DNA from: Candidatus Binatus sp.
GTDB lineage: Bacteria > Desulfobacterota > Binatia > DP-6
Reading direction: 5' to 3'
Assembly (NCBI GenBank): GCA_035476275.1
Contig: DATILR010000470.1
Span: forward strand, 1-48,750
Length of the DNA: 48,750 bases
Of the stretch, positions 33,520 through 40,625 are shown one piece after another. A program made the position numbers and the translations under genes. The notes beneath the pieces were generated by a model that was not told the DNA's origin, made no database searches, and saw only the letters and a list, made by a program, of their open reading frames with translations. Positions within the stretch are counted from its first letter, which is position 1. Each line of letters starts with the position of its first letter.

Positions 33520-33753
33520 CTAGCGGTAGAGGTTCTTGACCCTCTCCCAGGGGATGGACGCGATCATGCCAGCGCCATCGATCGTGTCCCAGCGGACGAC
33601 GGCCCCGTGGCGCGGGTGACGCCCGACGTACGTTCCTTCGCTGCCGGCGCCGAGGAAGGAGCCGTAGCCCTGGGGGGCGAACACGCGGCACCCCTCGGTG
33701 AACGTCTCTTGCGCCTCGGACGCGAAGTACGGCTCGGTGTCGAGATCGGTCAT
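33520..33753 (-). CDS. Hypothetical protein (77 aa)
   Basis: ATGA overlap with the upstream gene; coding bias. Confidence 0.6.
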   Translation of the reverse strand: MTDLDTEPYFASEAQETFTEGCRVFAPQGYGSFLGAGSEGTYVGRHPRHGAVVRWDTIDGAGMIASIPWERVKNLYR

Positions 33754-34127
33754 GCCTCTTCCTCCTCGTATCCCTCGCCCGTCCAGCCGTGGCGCGCTGC
33801 GGCCTTGGGCGAGTGCTCGTAGTAGAAGGCGAGCGCGCGCTGCTTCGCCTCGCGCCGGGTGTCGCAGGTGTCGACGCGGACGCGCTCCCAACGCTCCGCC
33901 TTGCCCGAGCGCGAGCCGCGCCCACGCGGCTCGTACACGAATACGGCGAACGTGCCGTCGAGCTTGCCCGCCCGGATCCGCTTCGTGGTGTAGCTCACGA
34001 GCCAGCCGTCCTCGGTCTTCCAGTCGCAGGTCGGCGCCAGGCCGTCGGGCGAGAACGCGGCTGCGTACTGCTCGTCGGTCATGGTCTGCGCCATGTGCTT
34101 CATGAATCTGTCCCAGTGCTCGCTCAT
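33750..34127 (-). CDS. Hypothetical protein (125 aa)
   Basis: ATG (MSEHWDRF) in an ATGA overlap; acidic tail EGYEEEEA. Confidence 0.6.
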   Translation of the reverse strand: MSEHWDRFMKHMAQTMTDEQYAAAFSPDGLAPTCDWKTEDGWLVSYTTKRIRAGKLDGTFAVFVYEPRGRGSRSGKAERWERVRVDTCDTRREAKQRALAFYYEHSPKAAARHGWTGEGYEEEEA

Positions 34128-34399
34128 GCTGCCTTCCTCTCCGCTGCCCAGCGCTCGATGTCCTGGCGCAGCCACACGGTCGCGCCGCGAAGCTCGGCCA
34201 CGGGGGCCGGCAGCTTGCCGCGGTGCTTCCACATCGTCACGGTCTTGTAGGCCACGTCCATGAACTCGGCCACTTCGTACATGCCCATCAGTTGCAGTCG
34301 GCCGGCGTGGACTTCCTCCACGAGGCGCGCGTACCACTCCGCGCACTCGTCCATCTCGGTGCGGATCCGCTGCATGCGGTCGAGTACCTCGCCGGTCAC
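34124..34399 (-). CDS. Excisionase/AlpA-like HTH DNA-binding protein (91 aa)
   Basis: MYEVAEFMDVAYKTVTMWKHRGKLP...VWLRQDIERWAAE. GTGA overlap with the upstream gene. Confidence 0.6.
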   Translation of the reverse strand: MTGEVLDRMQRIRTEMDECAEWYARLVEEVHAGRLQLMGMYEVAEFMDVAYKTVTMWKHRGKLPAPVAELRGATVWLRQDIERWAAERKAA

Positions 34400-34632
34400 T
34401 TGCCATCAATCCCTCGGGGCGGCGGCATGTGCCGCTCGTGCTTGAAGTAGTTCAGCCAGCTGCCGCCGACGACGGCGAGCAGCAGCACGGCGAAGAAGGC
34501 GGGGATCAGGTAGATCAGGCCGCCCCAGCCGAACAGCAGGTAGACGCCGACGAACAGCGCCGGCACCCAGATCGCGCCGAACGCGCTGAGCGCCGCTCGT
34601 CCGGGCGACATCCCGAACAGTCTCTGACTCAT
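34396..34632 (-). CDS. Small membrane protein, two predicted TM helices (78 aa)
   Basis: Hydrophobic runs ALSAFGAIWVPALFVGVYLLF and LIYLIPAFFAVLLLAVVGG. ATGA overlap with the upstream gene. Confidence 0.65.
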   Translation of the reverse strand: MSQRLFGMSPGRAALSAFGAIWVPALFVGVYLLFGWGGLIYLIPAFFAVLLLAVVGGSWLNYFKHERHMPPPRGIDGK

Positions 34633-34829
34633 GACGCATCCCTCCGCTCGGCCACGAGGTTGGTGGTGCAGGCGTCGTAGAACCGCTCCTCGTCAAAGCG
34701 AGGGTTCTCGTGGCGCAGCCGGGCGATGAAGCTCTCGGCGAGCCGATCGCGCAGCAGGCCGCCGTCCTCTCGATCGCGGGCGTAGCCGTTCACAACCGCG
34801 GCGATCAACTCGAAGTCCTTCCTGGTCAT
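34629..34829 (-). CDS. Hypothetical protein (66 aa)
   Basis: ATG (MTRKDFE) after CACCACCACCACAAGGAGG. Confidence 0.6.
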   Translation of the reverse strand: MTRKDFELIAAVVNGYARDREDGGLLRDRLAESFIARLRHENPRFDEERFYDACTTNLVAERRDAS

Positions 34830-34840
34830 TCCATCCTCCT

Positions 34841-34907
34841 TGTGGTGGTGGTGAAGCACTGGCGCTTCGAGGGGCGCCGGCCGAGCCGGCGCCCGTGCGA
34901 AACGTCA
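34841..34907 (-). repeat. Intergenic double-hairpin module, copy A
   Basis: + strand elements: GTGGTGGTGGTG; hairpin gaagc-actggc-gcttc (34853-34868); hairpin with an 11-bp stem around gcgccggc-cga-gccggcgc (34872-34894); then gtgcgaaacgtca. Confidence 0.75.
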
Positions 34908-35090
34908 CTGCGCTGCGAAGCCCTCCTGGATCAACGCGGTCACGAGCGAGTCGACGTACCGCGGCTCGACCACGAGCGCCATGCCGAACCACTGCGCGTC
35001 CTCCTGGGCGTGCCCGCGCAACCAGGCGAGCACGTCCATCGTGTGAGGCTCGATCAGGACGACCGAGCCGTGGTCGTTGACGCTGAACAT
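34905..35090 (-). CDS. Hypothetical protein (61 aa)
   Basis: ATG (MFSVNDHG) in a TGATG overlap. The upstream part of the 164-aa ORF is Arg-rich junk. Confidence 0.55.
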   Translation of the reverse strand: MFSVNDHGSVVLIEPHTMDVLAWLRGHAQEDAQWFGMALVVEPRYVDSLVTALIQEGFAAQ

Positions 35091-35218
35091 CAGGCCGCCG
35101 CCTTCCAGTAGTGCCGCACGAACGCGAAGACGGCTTCGGCGGCGGCGAGCCGCCGGATGGTCTTCGCCTCGGTCGCGTTCGTGGCGCGCCGCAGGTGTCT
35201 TGGTGTTCTCTCGCTCAT
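35090..35218 (-). CDS. Micro-ORF (42 aa, MSERTPRHLRRATNATEAK...)
   Basis: Not in the ORF track because it is under 60 aa. ATG after CCACCACCACGAAGGGA. Its stop overlaps the next start. Confidence 0.45.
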   Translation of the reverse strand: MSERTPRHLRRATNATEAKTIRRLAAAEAVFAFVRHYWKAAA

Positions 35219-35230
35219 GGCTGTCCCTTC

Positions 35231-35299
35231 GTGGTGGTGGAGTGAAGCCTGGTGCTTCGAGCAGCGCCGGCCGGGAGCCGGCGCTGGTGCGAAACGTCA
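35231..35299 (-). repeat. Intergenic double-hairpin module, copy B
   Basis: + strand elements: GTGGTGGTGG; gaagc-ctggt-gcttc (35244-35258); cagcgccggc-cggga-gccggcgctg (35262-35286); then gtgcgaaacgtca. Confidence 0.75.
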
Positions 35300-35302
35300 G
35301 GC

Positions 35303-35503
35303 CTAGCGGTTGCTCGGCGGGTTGCTGTAGGTGTCGTGCGCAAGCGCGTCGACCTCGGCCGCGTCCTTCGTGTCGCAGTGTCGACCGGCCCAGCCGCACG
35401 CCTCGCAGGCGGCGAACCAGACGGTCTTCTCGTCCCCTGCGCGCTTGGTGCGCTGCACCTCGGCGAGGTGGTAGTCGAAGCCGGTCTTGACGGGCATGCT
35501 CAT
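35303..35503 (-). CDS. Hypothetical Cys-containing protein (66 aa)
   Basis: ATG (MSMPVKTG) after CACCACCACGAAGGAG; CEACGW...HC motif. Confidence 0.6.
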   Translation of the reverse strand: MSMPVKTGFDYHLAEVQRTKRAGDEKTVWFAACEACGWAGRHCDTKDAAEVDALAHDTYSNPPSNR

Positions 35504-35619
35504 GAGATCTCCTTCGTGGTGGTGTGGTTGTCGCGGCGCCGCGCTGCGTACCAGGCGGCGCCGATGGTCAGGGCGATGTAGCTCTCGACTGCGAGCAGCC
35601 CGAGCAGCGAGCCGCTCAT
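35500..35619 (-). CDS. Micro-ORF, single-pass membrane peptide (39 aa)
   Basis: MSGSLLGLLAVESYIALTIGAAWYAARRRDNHTTTKEIS. The ATG directly follows the upstream TAG and the stop is in an ATGA overlap. Under 60 aa, so absent from the ORF track. Confidence 0.5.
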   Translation of the reverse strand: MSGSLLGLLAVESYIALTIGAAWYAARRRDNHTTTKEIS

Positions 35620-35883
35620 CTAGCGCCACTCCCCTTCGTTGTAGACCTCGTAGGTGATGCCGGACACGATGTCCGAGATGTCGATCGCCTCGACGCCCTG
35701 CCAGGCGGGGTCGTCCAGGAGGATCTGGGTGACGCTCTCGCGCGCCCACTGCTCAAGCTCGAACATCTCGTCCAGGCCGTCCTCGACGGCGTCGCGCAGC
35801 GCGCTCAGGACGTCGCGCCGGATGCTCTTCTCGTACGCGCGCTCCAGGGCGTTCACCCGCCGCTCGTAGCTCTGCTCGCTCAT
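35620..35883 (-). CDS. Hypothetical acidic protein (87 aa)
   Basis: ATG after CACCACCACCACCACGAGGAG; coding bias. Confidence 0.65.
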   Translation of the reverse strand: MSEQSYERRVNALERAYEKSIRRDVLSALRDAVEDGLDEMFELEQWARESVTQILLDDPAWQGVEAIDISDIVSGITYEVYNEGEWR

Positions 35884-35895
35884 GGTGCTCTCCTC

Positions 35896-35963
35896 GTGGT
35901 GGTGGTGGTGAAGCGGACGCTTCGTGAAGCGCCGGCCGGAGCCGGCGCTCGGACGAAGGGTCA
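35896..35963 (-). repeat. Intergenic double-hairpin module, copy C
   Basis: + strand elements: GTGGTGGTGGTGGTG; gaagc-ggac-gcttc (35910-35923); agcgccggc-cgga-gccggcgct (35928-35949); then ggacgaagggtca. Confidence 0.75.
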
Positions 35964-35964
35964 G

Positions 35965-36444
35965 CTACTTGCAGCAGGGGAAGACGCGGACGTCCTCGGG
36001 GCCGTAGCCCATCTCGGCCATCTCGCCGTCGACGTAGTCGGCGAGGGCGGCTTCGACGCTCTCGAACGGGCCGTAGATCTGCGAGCCGTGCTCGCGGGCG
36101 TCCCGCTCGATGTCGCGGCAGCCATCGCGGTGGATGTGCGCGATGTGCTCGCGGCTGATCGAGTGGTTGAGGATGACGACCTGCGGGCCGGCCGGCTCGA
36201 CCGGGAAGGCGGCGGGGTTGCCGAGCTTGAAGTCAGCCTCGGCCTTCTCCTCCAGCGCGAAGCGAAGCTCGTGGAGCGCCTGCGCGGCGTCCCAGAGCGC
36301 CTTCTGCGCGGCCTTGTTCAGGTCGCTCGCGGTGACGTGCTTGATCATCTCGGCCAGCGTCTCGACCTGCGCCTGTGCGGCCTTCACGGCGTGCGCCTCG
36401 CGCTTGTGGATCGTGGACACCAGGATGTGCTCGTTCGGGGTCAT
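35965..36444 (-). CDS. Hypothetical protein (159 aa)
   Basis: ATG (MTPNEHIL) after CCACCACCACAGGAGG. First gene of this leftward block. Confidence 0.65.
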   Translation of the reverse strand: MTPNEHILVSTIHKREAHAVKAAQAQVETLAEMIKHVTASDLNKAAQKALWDAAQALHELRFALEEKAEADFKLGNPAAFPVEPAGPQVVILNHSISREHIAHIHRDGCRDIERDAREHGSQIYGPFESVEAALADYVDGEMAEMGYGPEDVRVFPCCK

Positions 36445-36543
36445 GCGATGCCTCCTGTGGTGGTGGGCGCGCCGGAGCGGCGCTGATCCCATCTATCGGC
36501 ACCGCGTTGAAGAAGTCAACCCTCAGGAGGACGAATCCCCCAA

Positions 36544-37167
36544 ATGGGTCACACGCCGAACGAGCATGAGCTTGAGGTCGAACAGACCCTCTCCGAGCAG
36601 AGTGGTGATGGAGAAAAGCGGGCTAGCGCCGCAGAGCCTTGCGTCCAGGACGCGAAGCTCGCGCTCCCCGAGGGTCACCGCGTCCCCGAGGGAGCGACCC
36701 TGCTCGAAGGGGAAGACGACGGCTTCTGCCGCGTCCTGAAGCTCGACGGCTCGCGCTGCCGCGCCGCTCGGATCCGTGGGACGCCGCTCTGCGCCGGCCA
36801 CACAGGGATCGGCGTGGGGCGTGACCCTCAAGGCAATGCCGTTCTAGCTCGTGAAGCGAAGGCTCGCGTACGAGCACGAAGGGAGCTACTCGGGATCGGG
36901 CCGGCAAGAGTCGCTCAACCACGCCAGATCGCGCGGCTCAAGGCGCAAGAACGCGCCGAAGAAATCGCCGCCGCGCTCGTGATCGCGCCGCTCGAAGACC
37001 CCTCTCTCGGCACCCTCGAACGGCAGCGCGCCGTGGTCACGATGCTCGCCGAGACGTACCCGCTCGCCACCGCCAGCGTGGAGGTCGAGGTCCCCGCCGC
37101 CGGCGAGGTCGGGTCGCTCGGCTGGGCGGACATGCAGGCGCTCGCAGCCAGGCTCTTGGACGCCTGA
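36544..37167 (+). CDS. Hypothetical protein with C-x7-C-x12-C-x2-H knuckle (207 aa)
   Basis: FCRVLKLDGSRCRAARIRGTPLCAGH. On the + strand inside the leftward arm, with mixed third-position usage. Confidence 0.55.
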   Translation: MGHTPNEHELEVEQTLSEQSGDGEKRASAAEPCVQDAKLALPEGHRVPEGATLLEGEDDGFCRVLKLDGSRCRAARIRGTPLCAGHTGIGVGRDPQGNAVLAREAKARVRARRELLGIGPARVAQPRQIARLKAQERAEEIAAALVIAPLEDPSLGTLERQRAVVTMLAETYPLATASVEVEVPAAGEVGSLGWADMQALAARLLDA

Positions 37168-37338
37168 CACCCGCCTCACACCGCAGCGCTAGCCCAGTAG
37201 CCATGCGGCCTAGCGACGCGTGGGAGAACGAGCCGTTCTCGCACGCATGCCGCTCGCTGACAGGCAGGAGCGATCGCCGGCCGGCGCTCAACGAGGTCAC
37301 CCCCCTCGTCGCGCTCAGCGTCTCGCGCGAGTGCTAGA

Positions 37339-37355
37339 GGGCGGCGAAGCCGCCC
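37339..37355 (+). terminator. Hairpin (gggcggc-gaa-gccgccc)
   Basis: 7-bp GC stem with a GAA loop, followed by a C-run. Immediately after a possible 44-aa ORF (37203-37337). Confidence 0.35.
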
Positions 37356-37382
37356 CCCCTCCCCCCTGCGCGAGCGCGACGG

Positions 37383-37472
37383 CGCGGGGCCTGTGACCGG
37401 GCCGCCAAAGCGCTGAGCGCGCGACCGCGGGGCCTGCCTTCGCGTTACGCGCGGGGCCTGCTTGACGTAACG
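37383..37472. repeat. Three direct CGCGGGGCCTG repeats; the third is framed by the inverted repeat cgttacg/cgtaacg
   Basis: Copies at 37383-37393, 37426-37436 and 37450-37460. The inverted repeat is at 37443-37449 / 37466-37472, directly upstream of the ATG at 37485. Confidence 0.6.
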
Positions 37473-37484
37473 GGAAGGAGCCTC

Positions 37485-37988
37485 ATGCGTTACACCTGCG
37501 AGCACTGCCGTAACGAATTCGAAGCGGACAAGCCGGCGCGGTTCTGCTGTAACGCGCATCGCCAGGCAGCGCATCGAGAGCGTCTACGTCGAGCCGAGAC
37601 GAACCTGGAAGGGCAGCGCCTCGCTCGACAGCTGACCGAAGAGAAGGCCACGGAAGAATTGGCCGAAGCGCTGACCCCGGTAGCTCAAGGCTCGGGGCCT
37701 GACGTCAGCGTCGAGTCACCTTCGACACCACCCCTCACTGCTGAGGGGCAGAGCGGCCGTCAGGCCCGGGACGAAGTCTACGTCGAGTTCGAAGGCGAGC
37801 CGAGACAGGTCGTCAGGGAAGCGCAGGTCAGCGAGGACGAGTACATCTTCAACGAGGTCGCTCAGACCAGACTGTACGTCGAGGGCATCAGGTCGAGTGT
37901 TCCTGTTGAGGAAAGGTTGAAGAGAACTGCCTCGTACGCTCGCTGGCGCTACCGGGGGTTTTTGTGCGGGGAGATCGCTAGTCTCTGA
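37485..37988 (+). CDS. N-terminal zinc-ribbon protein (167 aa)
   Basis: ATG after GGAAGGAG. CEHC...FCCNAHRQAAHRERLRR. Many A/T-ending codons compared with the rest of the genome. Confidence 0.65.
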   Translation: MRYTCEHCRNEFEADKPARFCCNAHRQAAHRERLRRAETNLEGQRLARQLTEEKATEELAEALTPVAQGSGPDVSVESPSTPPLTAEGQSGRQARDEVYVEFEGEPRQVVREAQVSEDEYIFNEVAQTRLYVEGIRSSVPVEERLKRTASYARWRYRGFLCGEIASL

Positions 37989-37990
37989 GC

Positions 37991-38254
37991 GTGAATCCCG
38001 AGCTTGAGCTAGCCGAGAAACACGCTCTGGCGCGCGAGTTCGGGGGGGCGCTCTGCTTCATCTCGGACTGGGATCCTGACGACACCGCCGACATCGGGGT
38101 GCTCAGGCTTTTGGAAGGACCGGAGGGGATCGGGCTGCTGCGGTTCACGAACCCGTACACCGACTTCGTCATTCGCATCAGGCTTGAAGACCTGGATTGG
38201 CTGATCGAGAACGGCCCGCTGGGCAACCCGGAATCGCCTGACTACTCGCCGTAG
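37991..38254 (+). CDS. Hypothetical protein (87 aa)
   Basis: GTG 3 nt after the upstream TGA. Its 3' end overlaps a convergent gene by 13 nt. Confidence 0.55.
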   Translation: MNPELELAEKHALAREFGGALCFISDWDPDDTADIGVLRLLEGPEGIGLLRFTNPYTDFVIRIRLEDLDWLIENGPLGNPESPDYSP

Positions 38255-38631
38255 TTCCCCGGATGGTCGCGCCAGTCTCCGTAGACGTGCTCCGACTCCG
38301 GCAAGCCGCACTTCTCGCACGGATCCTCCGGGTTCGCGACAGCGAGTGCTTCCCGCGCCCAGCAATCCACCTCACAGAGATACGTGTAGATCGAGAAGGC
38401 GACGTGCTCGAAGTTGGTCGGATCGTGGCCAAGCTCCCTGAAGACGATTCCGTGGCTTCGCAGCACCTCAAGCACCTTCGGTTGCTGGGCGGCGATTTTC
38501 TCTAGGACGGCTTCGAGGGCGACCACGCGGGCGGATACCGCATCCAACGCCGCCCACGCCTCGTCGTAGAGGTCGTGGTCGAGAAGGTGCGCGGCATCAA
38601 GCGCCGTGTACGCCTTGTTGAGGTCGCTCAC
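38242..38631 (-). CDS. Hypothetical protein (129 aa)
   Basis: GTGA overlap with the upstream gene. Shares the ARVVALEA segment (26-nt exact DNA repeat) with the upstream gene. Confidence 0.6.
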   Translation of the reverse strand: MSDLNKAYTALDAAHLLDHDLYDEAWAALDAVSARVVALEAVLEKIAAQQPKVLEVLRSHGIVFRELGHDPTNFEHVAFSIYTYLCEVDCWAREALAVANPEDPCEKCGLPESEHVYGDWRDHPGNYGE

Positions 38632-38978
38632 GGCGTCTCCTCCGAGTTCGCAGCCGCGACAGCGGCGAGCTTCCCCGCGAGCGCGGCCCGATCGAGCGCC
38701 ACCTCGTCCAGGAGCTTCCTCAGATCGCGGTTCTCGGCTTCGAGGGCGCCGACACGCTCGTCCGAAGCGGCTGCGAGTTCGCGAAGCATCTCTCGCGCGA
38801 GGTGAAGCTCGGCTTCGAGGGCGACCACGCGGGCGGCGTGCTGGGCGAGCGACCCGAGTACTCGCAGGGGTGAGGGTTGATGGTCTGCCGCGGTTGCGAG
38901 CGCGAGATCTCCCCAGGGGGTCGACCTGTAGCGCTCGACCCAGGCGAGGCAGTCTTCGAGGGGCAGGAGGTCGCTCAC
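38628..38978 (-). CDS. Hypothetical coiled-coil protein (116 aa)
   Basis: GTG (VSDLLPLED) in a GTGA overlap. Only this part of the 192-aa ORF looks coding. Confidence 0.55.
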   Translation of the reverse strand: MSDLLPLEDCLAWVERYRSTPWGDLALATAADHQPSPLRVLGSLAQHAARVVALEAELHLAREMLRELAAASDERVGALEAENRDLRKLLDEVALDRAALAGKLAAVAAANSEETP

Positions 38979-39286
38979 TTCTGCCTGATCTCCTCGTCCT
39001 CCATGTCCTCCCTCAAAAGCTGAAGTGCCTGTATCCCCGCCATGATCGTGAACCGCAGGCGCTTGTTCTCGGCTTCGAGATCTGCTACGCGCGCGTGTAG
39101 CTCGTCCCATTCCGCCCGAGCGATCTGAATCAGGTCGGTGTCGATGCCGAGCGTGATCACGCCTCCCAGGATCTCCCCGCTGTCCGAGTTCCAGCGACAT
39201 CCGCACCGGACGCAGAAGAAGGTGGGGGAGGACGTGTTGACGCCCGTCCAGCCGCAGTCGGGGCAGTGAACGGGGAGGGCGCTCAC
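38975..39286 (-). CDS. Zinc-ribbon plus coiled-coil protein (103 aa)
   Basis: GTGA overlap with the upstream gene; CPDCGW...CVRCGC. Confidence 0.55.
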   Translation of the reverse strand: MSALPVHCPDCGWTGVNTSSPTFFCVRCGCRWNSDSGEILGGVITLGIDTDLIQIARAEWDELHARVADLEAENKRLRFTIMAGIQALQLLREDMEDEEIRQK

Positions 39287-39669
39287 GAGGTCGCCTCGTG
39301 TACGAGCCGCACCTGCTCGCACATCAGCTGGTGCCCTTCGACCGCTTCCGCCTCGGTCGCGTACCGCCAGCACTCCAGGTCCGTTCTGTCCTCCTTGAAA
39401 ACCATCGTCTCGAAGACGATCGGAGGGCCGCGCCCAAAGCTGTGGTCAAGGCCGAGCCAGACGGTCGACACGAAGTAGGGGCCGACGTGCTCCTGCTTCA
39501 CGACCTTGTAGTCGCGGTCGTGCGCGAGCATCCCCCATTGCCGCATCGTGATCGGCTCCCCGTCGCGGTCGAAATGCTCGCTCAAGCCGTCCCAGTACGT
39601 CGACATCTCCTCGGGGCCGCCGAAGCCAAGTTCGAGCAGCCGTCTCATGGTGCGCTCGCTCGGCATCAC
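39283..39669 (-). CDS. Hypothetical protein (128 aa)
   Basis: GTG/ATG start in a TGATG overlap; coding bias. Confidence 0.65.
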   Translation of the reverse strand: MMPSERTMRRLLELGFGGPEEMSTYWDGLSEHFDRDGEPITMRQWGMLAHDRDYKVVKQEHVGPYFVSTVWLGLDHSFGRGPPIVFETMVFKEDRTDLECWRYATEAEAVEGHQLMCEQVRLVHEATS

Positions 39670-39830
39670 TGTCCGATCCGTCTCGTGCCAGCCTGCAGAC
39701 GAGAGGGCCAGACCTGATCTCGGTAGAACGCCTTACGGAGCACGGGGGCGCAGCGCACGACCTTGCCGCCCTCGATCACGAAACCGGCGCAGAGCGACCC
39801 CACGGTCACCTGGTACAGGCCGTCTCTCAC
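39666..39830 (-). CDS. Micro-ORF (54 aa, VRDGLYQVTVGSLCAGFVIEGGKVVRCAPVLRKAF...)
   Basis: GTGA overlap with the upstream stop, and its own stop overlaps the next start. Under 60 aa, so absent from the ORF track. Confidence 0.5.
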   Translation of the reverse strand: MRDGLYQVTVGSLCAGFVIEGGKVVRCAPVLRKAFYRDQVWPSRLQAGTRRIGQ

Positions 39831-40054
39831 TCCTCCTCCTCGGGGTAGCGATCCCCTGCGATGTTTGCACCCAAGTTCCCCTCGAAGTGGTCAGGCTCGG
39901 GGTAGGCGATCATCGCCATCGCGGTCGCGCTCCACTCCGCGTTGCAGTGCTCGCAGTAGTAGGCGTCTCGCGCGCGCGCGCGCGCGAGCGCGACCCCGCA
40001 GATCGGGCAGGGGTAGAGAGGTTCCTGCGTATCGATGTCGTCCGGGAGGCTCAT
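39827..40054 (-). CDS. Zinc-ribbon protein (75 aa)
   Basis: CPICG...CEHCN; acidic tail. Its ATG shares the CATG at 40052-40055 with the divergent + strand gene. Confidence 0.6.
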   Translation of the reverse strand: MSLPDDIDTQEPLYPCPICGVALARARARDAYYCEHCNAEWSATAMAMIAYPEPDHFEGNLGANIAGDRYPEEEE

Positions 40055-40625
40055 GTCGTCAGTCGACCGCGGGTTCAGCTGGGAGCAGCTGGCACAGGAT
40101 ATCGCTCATGGTGTCGCTCGCTTCCTGGATGGCAGACGACGGGGCAGGCCCGAGCCGCACAACGGGGGGCCACGGCACCCGATCGAGTGCGACATCATCG
40201 GCGTGATCGGCGAGCGCATCATGAGCGCCTACCTGGGGATTCCCTGGCACCCGATGGTCGCCAAGCCCGGCCTGCTCGAAGGCGACGTGGGCGTGCATCA
40301 GGTCAGGTCGACCGACGTCCCTCATGGCTGCCTCACGGTCTACGAGGAGAACCCCGACGACGTCCCCTACTGGCTGGTGACGGTCAACGTGCGCGTCCCC
40401 ATGGCGTCCATCAAAGGCTGGGCCTGGGGCCACGAGGTGAAGCAGCGGGAGTACTTCCGCACCGACCGCGAGGCGGACGCCTTCTGGCTGCCTCAGTCCA
40501 AGCTGCACGATCCGTCCACCGCCCCTGCTATCGTTCGCGCGCCTCGGGCCGGAGTCGACGGGTTACCTCTGCTAAAGGACAACTCCCGCCGGCACAACAT
40601 GACCGAGGCTTGGATCCTAGGATGA
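40053..40625 (+). CDS. Hypothetical protein, possible PD-(D/E)XK-like nuclease fold (190 aa)
   Basis: IGVIGERIMSAYLG ... GDVGVHQVRST ... YWLVTV is arranged like the E...D...(E/Q)xK(R) core. The assignment is weak. An alternative start lies at 40035. Confidence 0.45.
   Translation: MSSVDRGFSWEQLAQDIAHGVARFLDGRRRGRPEPHNGGPRHPIECDIIGVIGERIMSAYLGIPWHPMVAKPGLLEGDVGVHQVRSTDVPHGCLTVYEENPDDVPYWLVTVNVRVPMASIKGWAWGHEVKQREYFRTDREADAFWLPQSKLHDPSTAPAIVRAPRAGVDGLPLLKDNSRRHNMTEAWILG

Noticed and set aside
36523-36831. 102-aa - strand ORF, along with the ORFs 36623-36922, 36886-37179 and 37176-37574, opposite the + strand island.
   Set aside because: They are Arg/Gly/Pro-rich shadow translations without ribosome-binding sites. 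The + strand frame has better coding character and a Cys/His motif.
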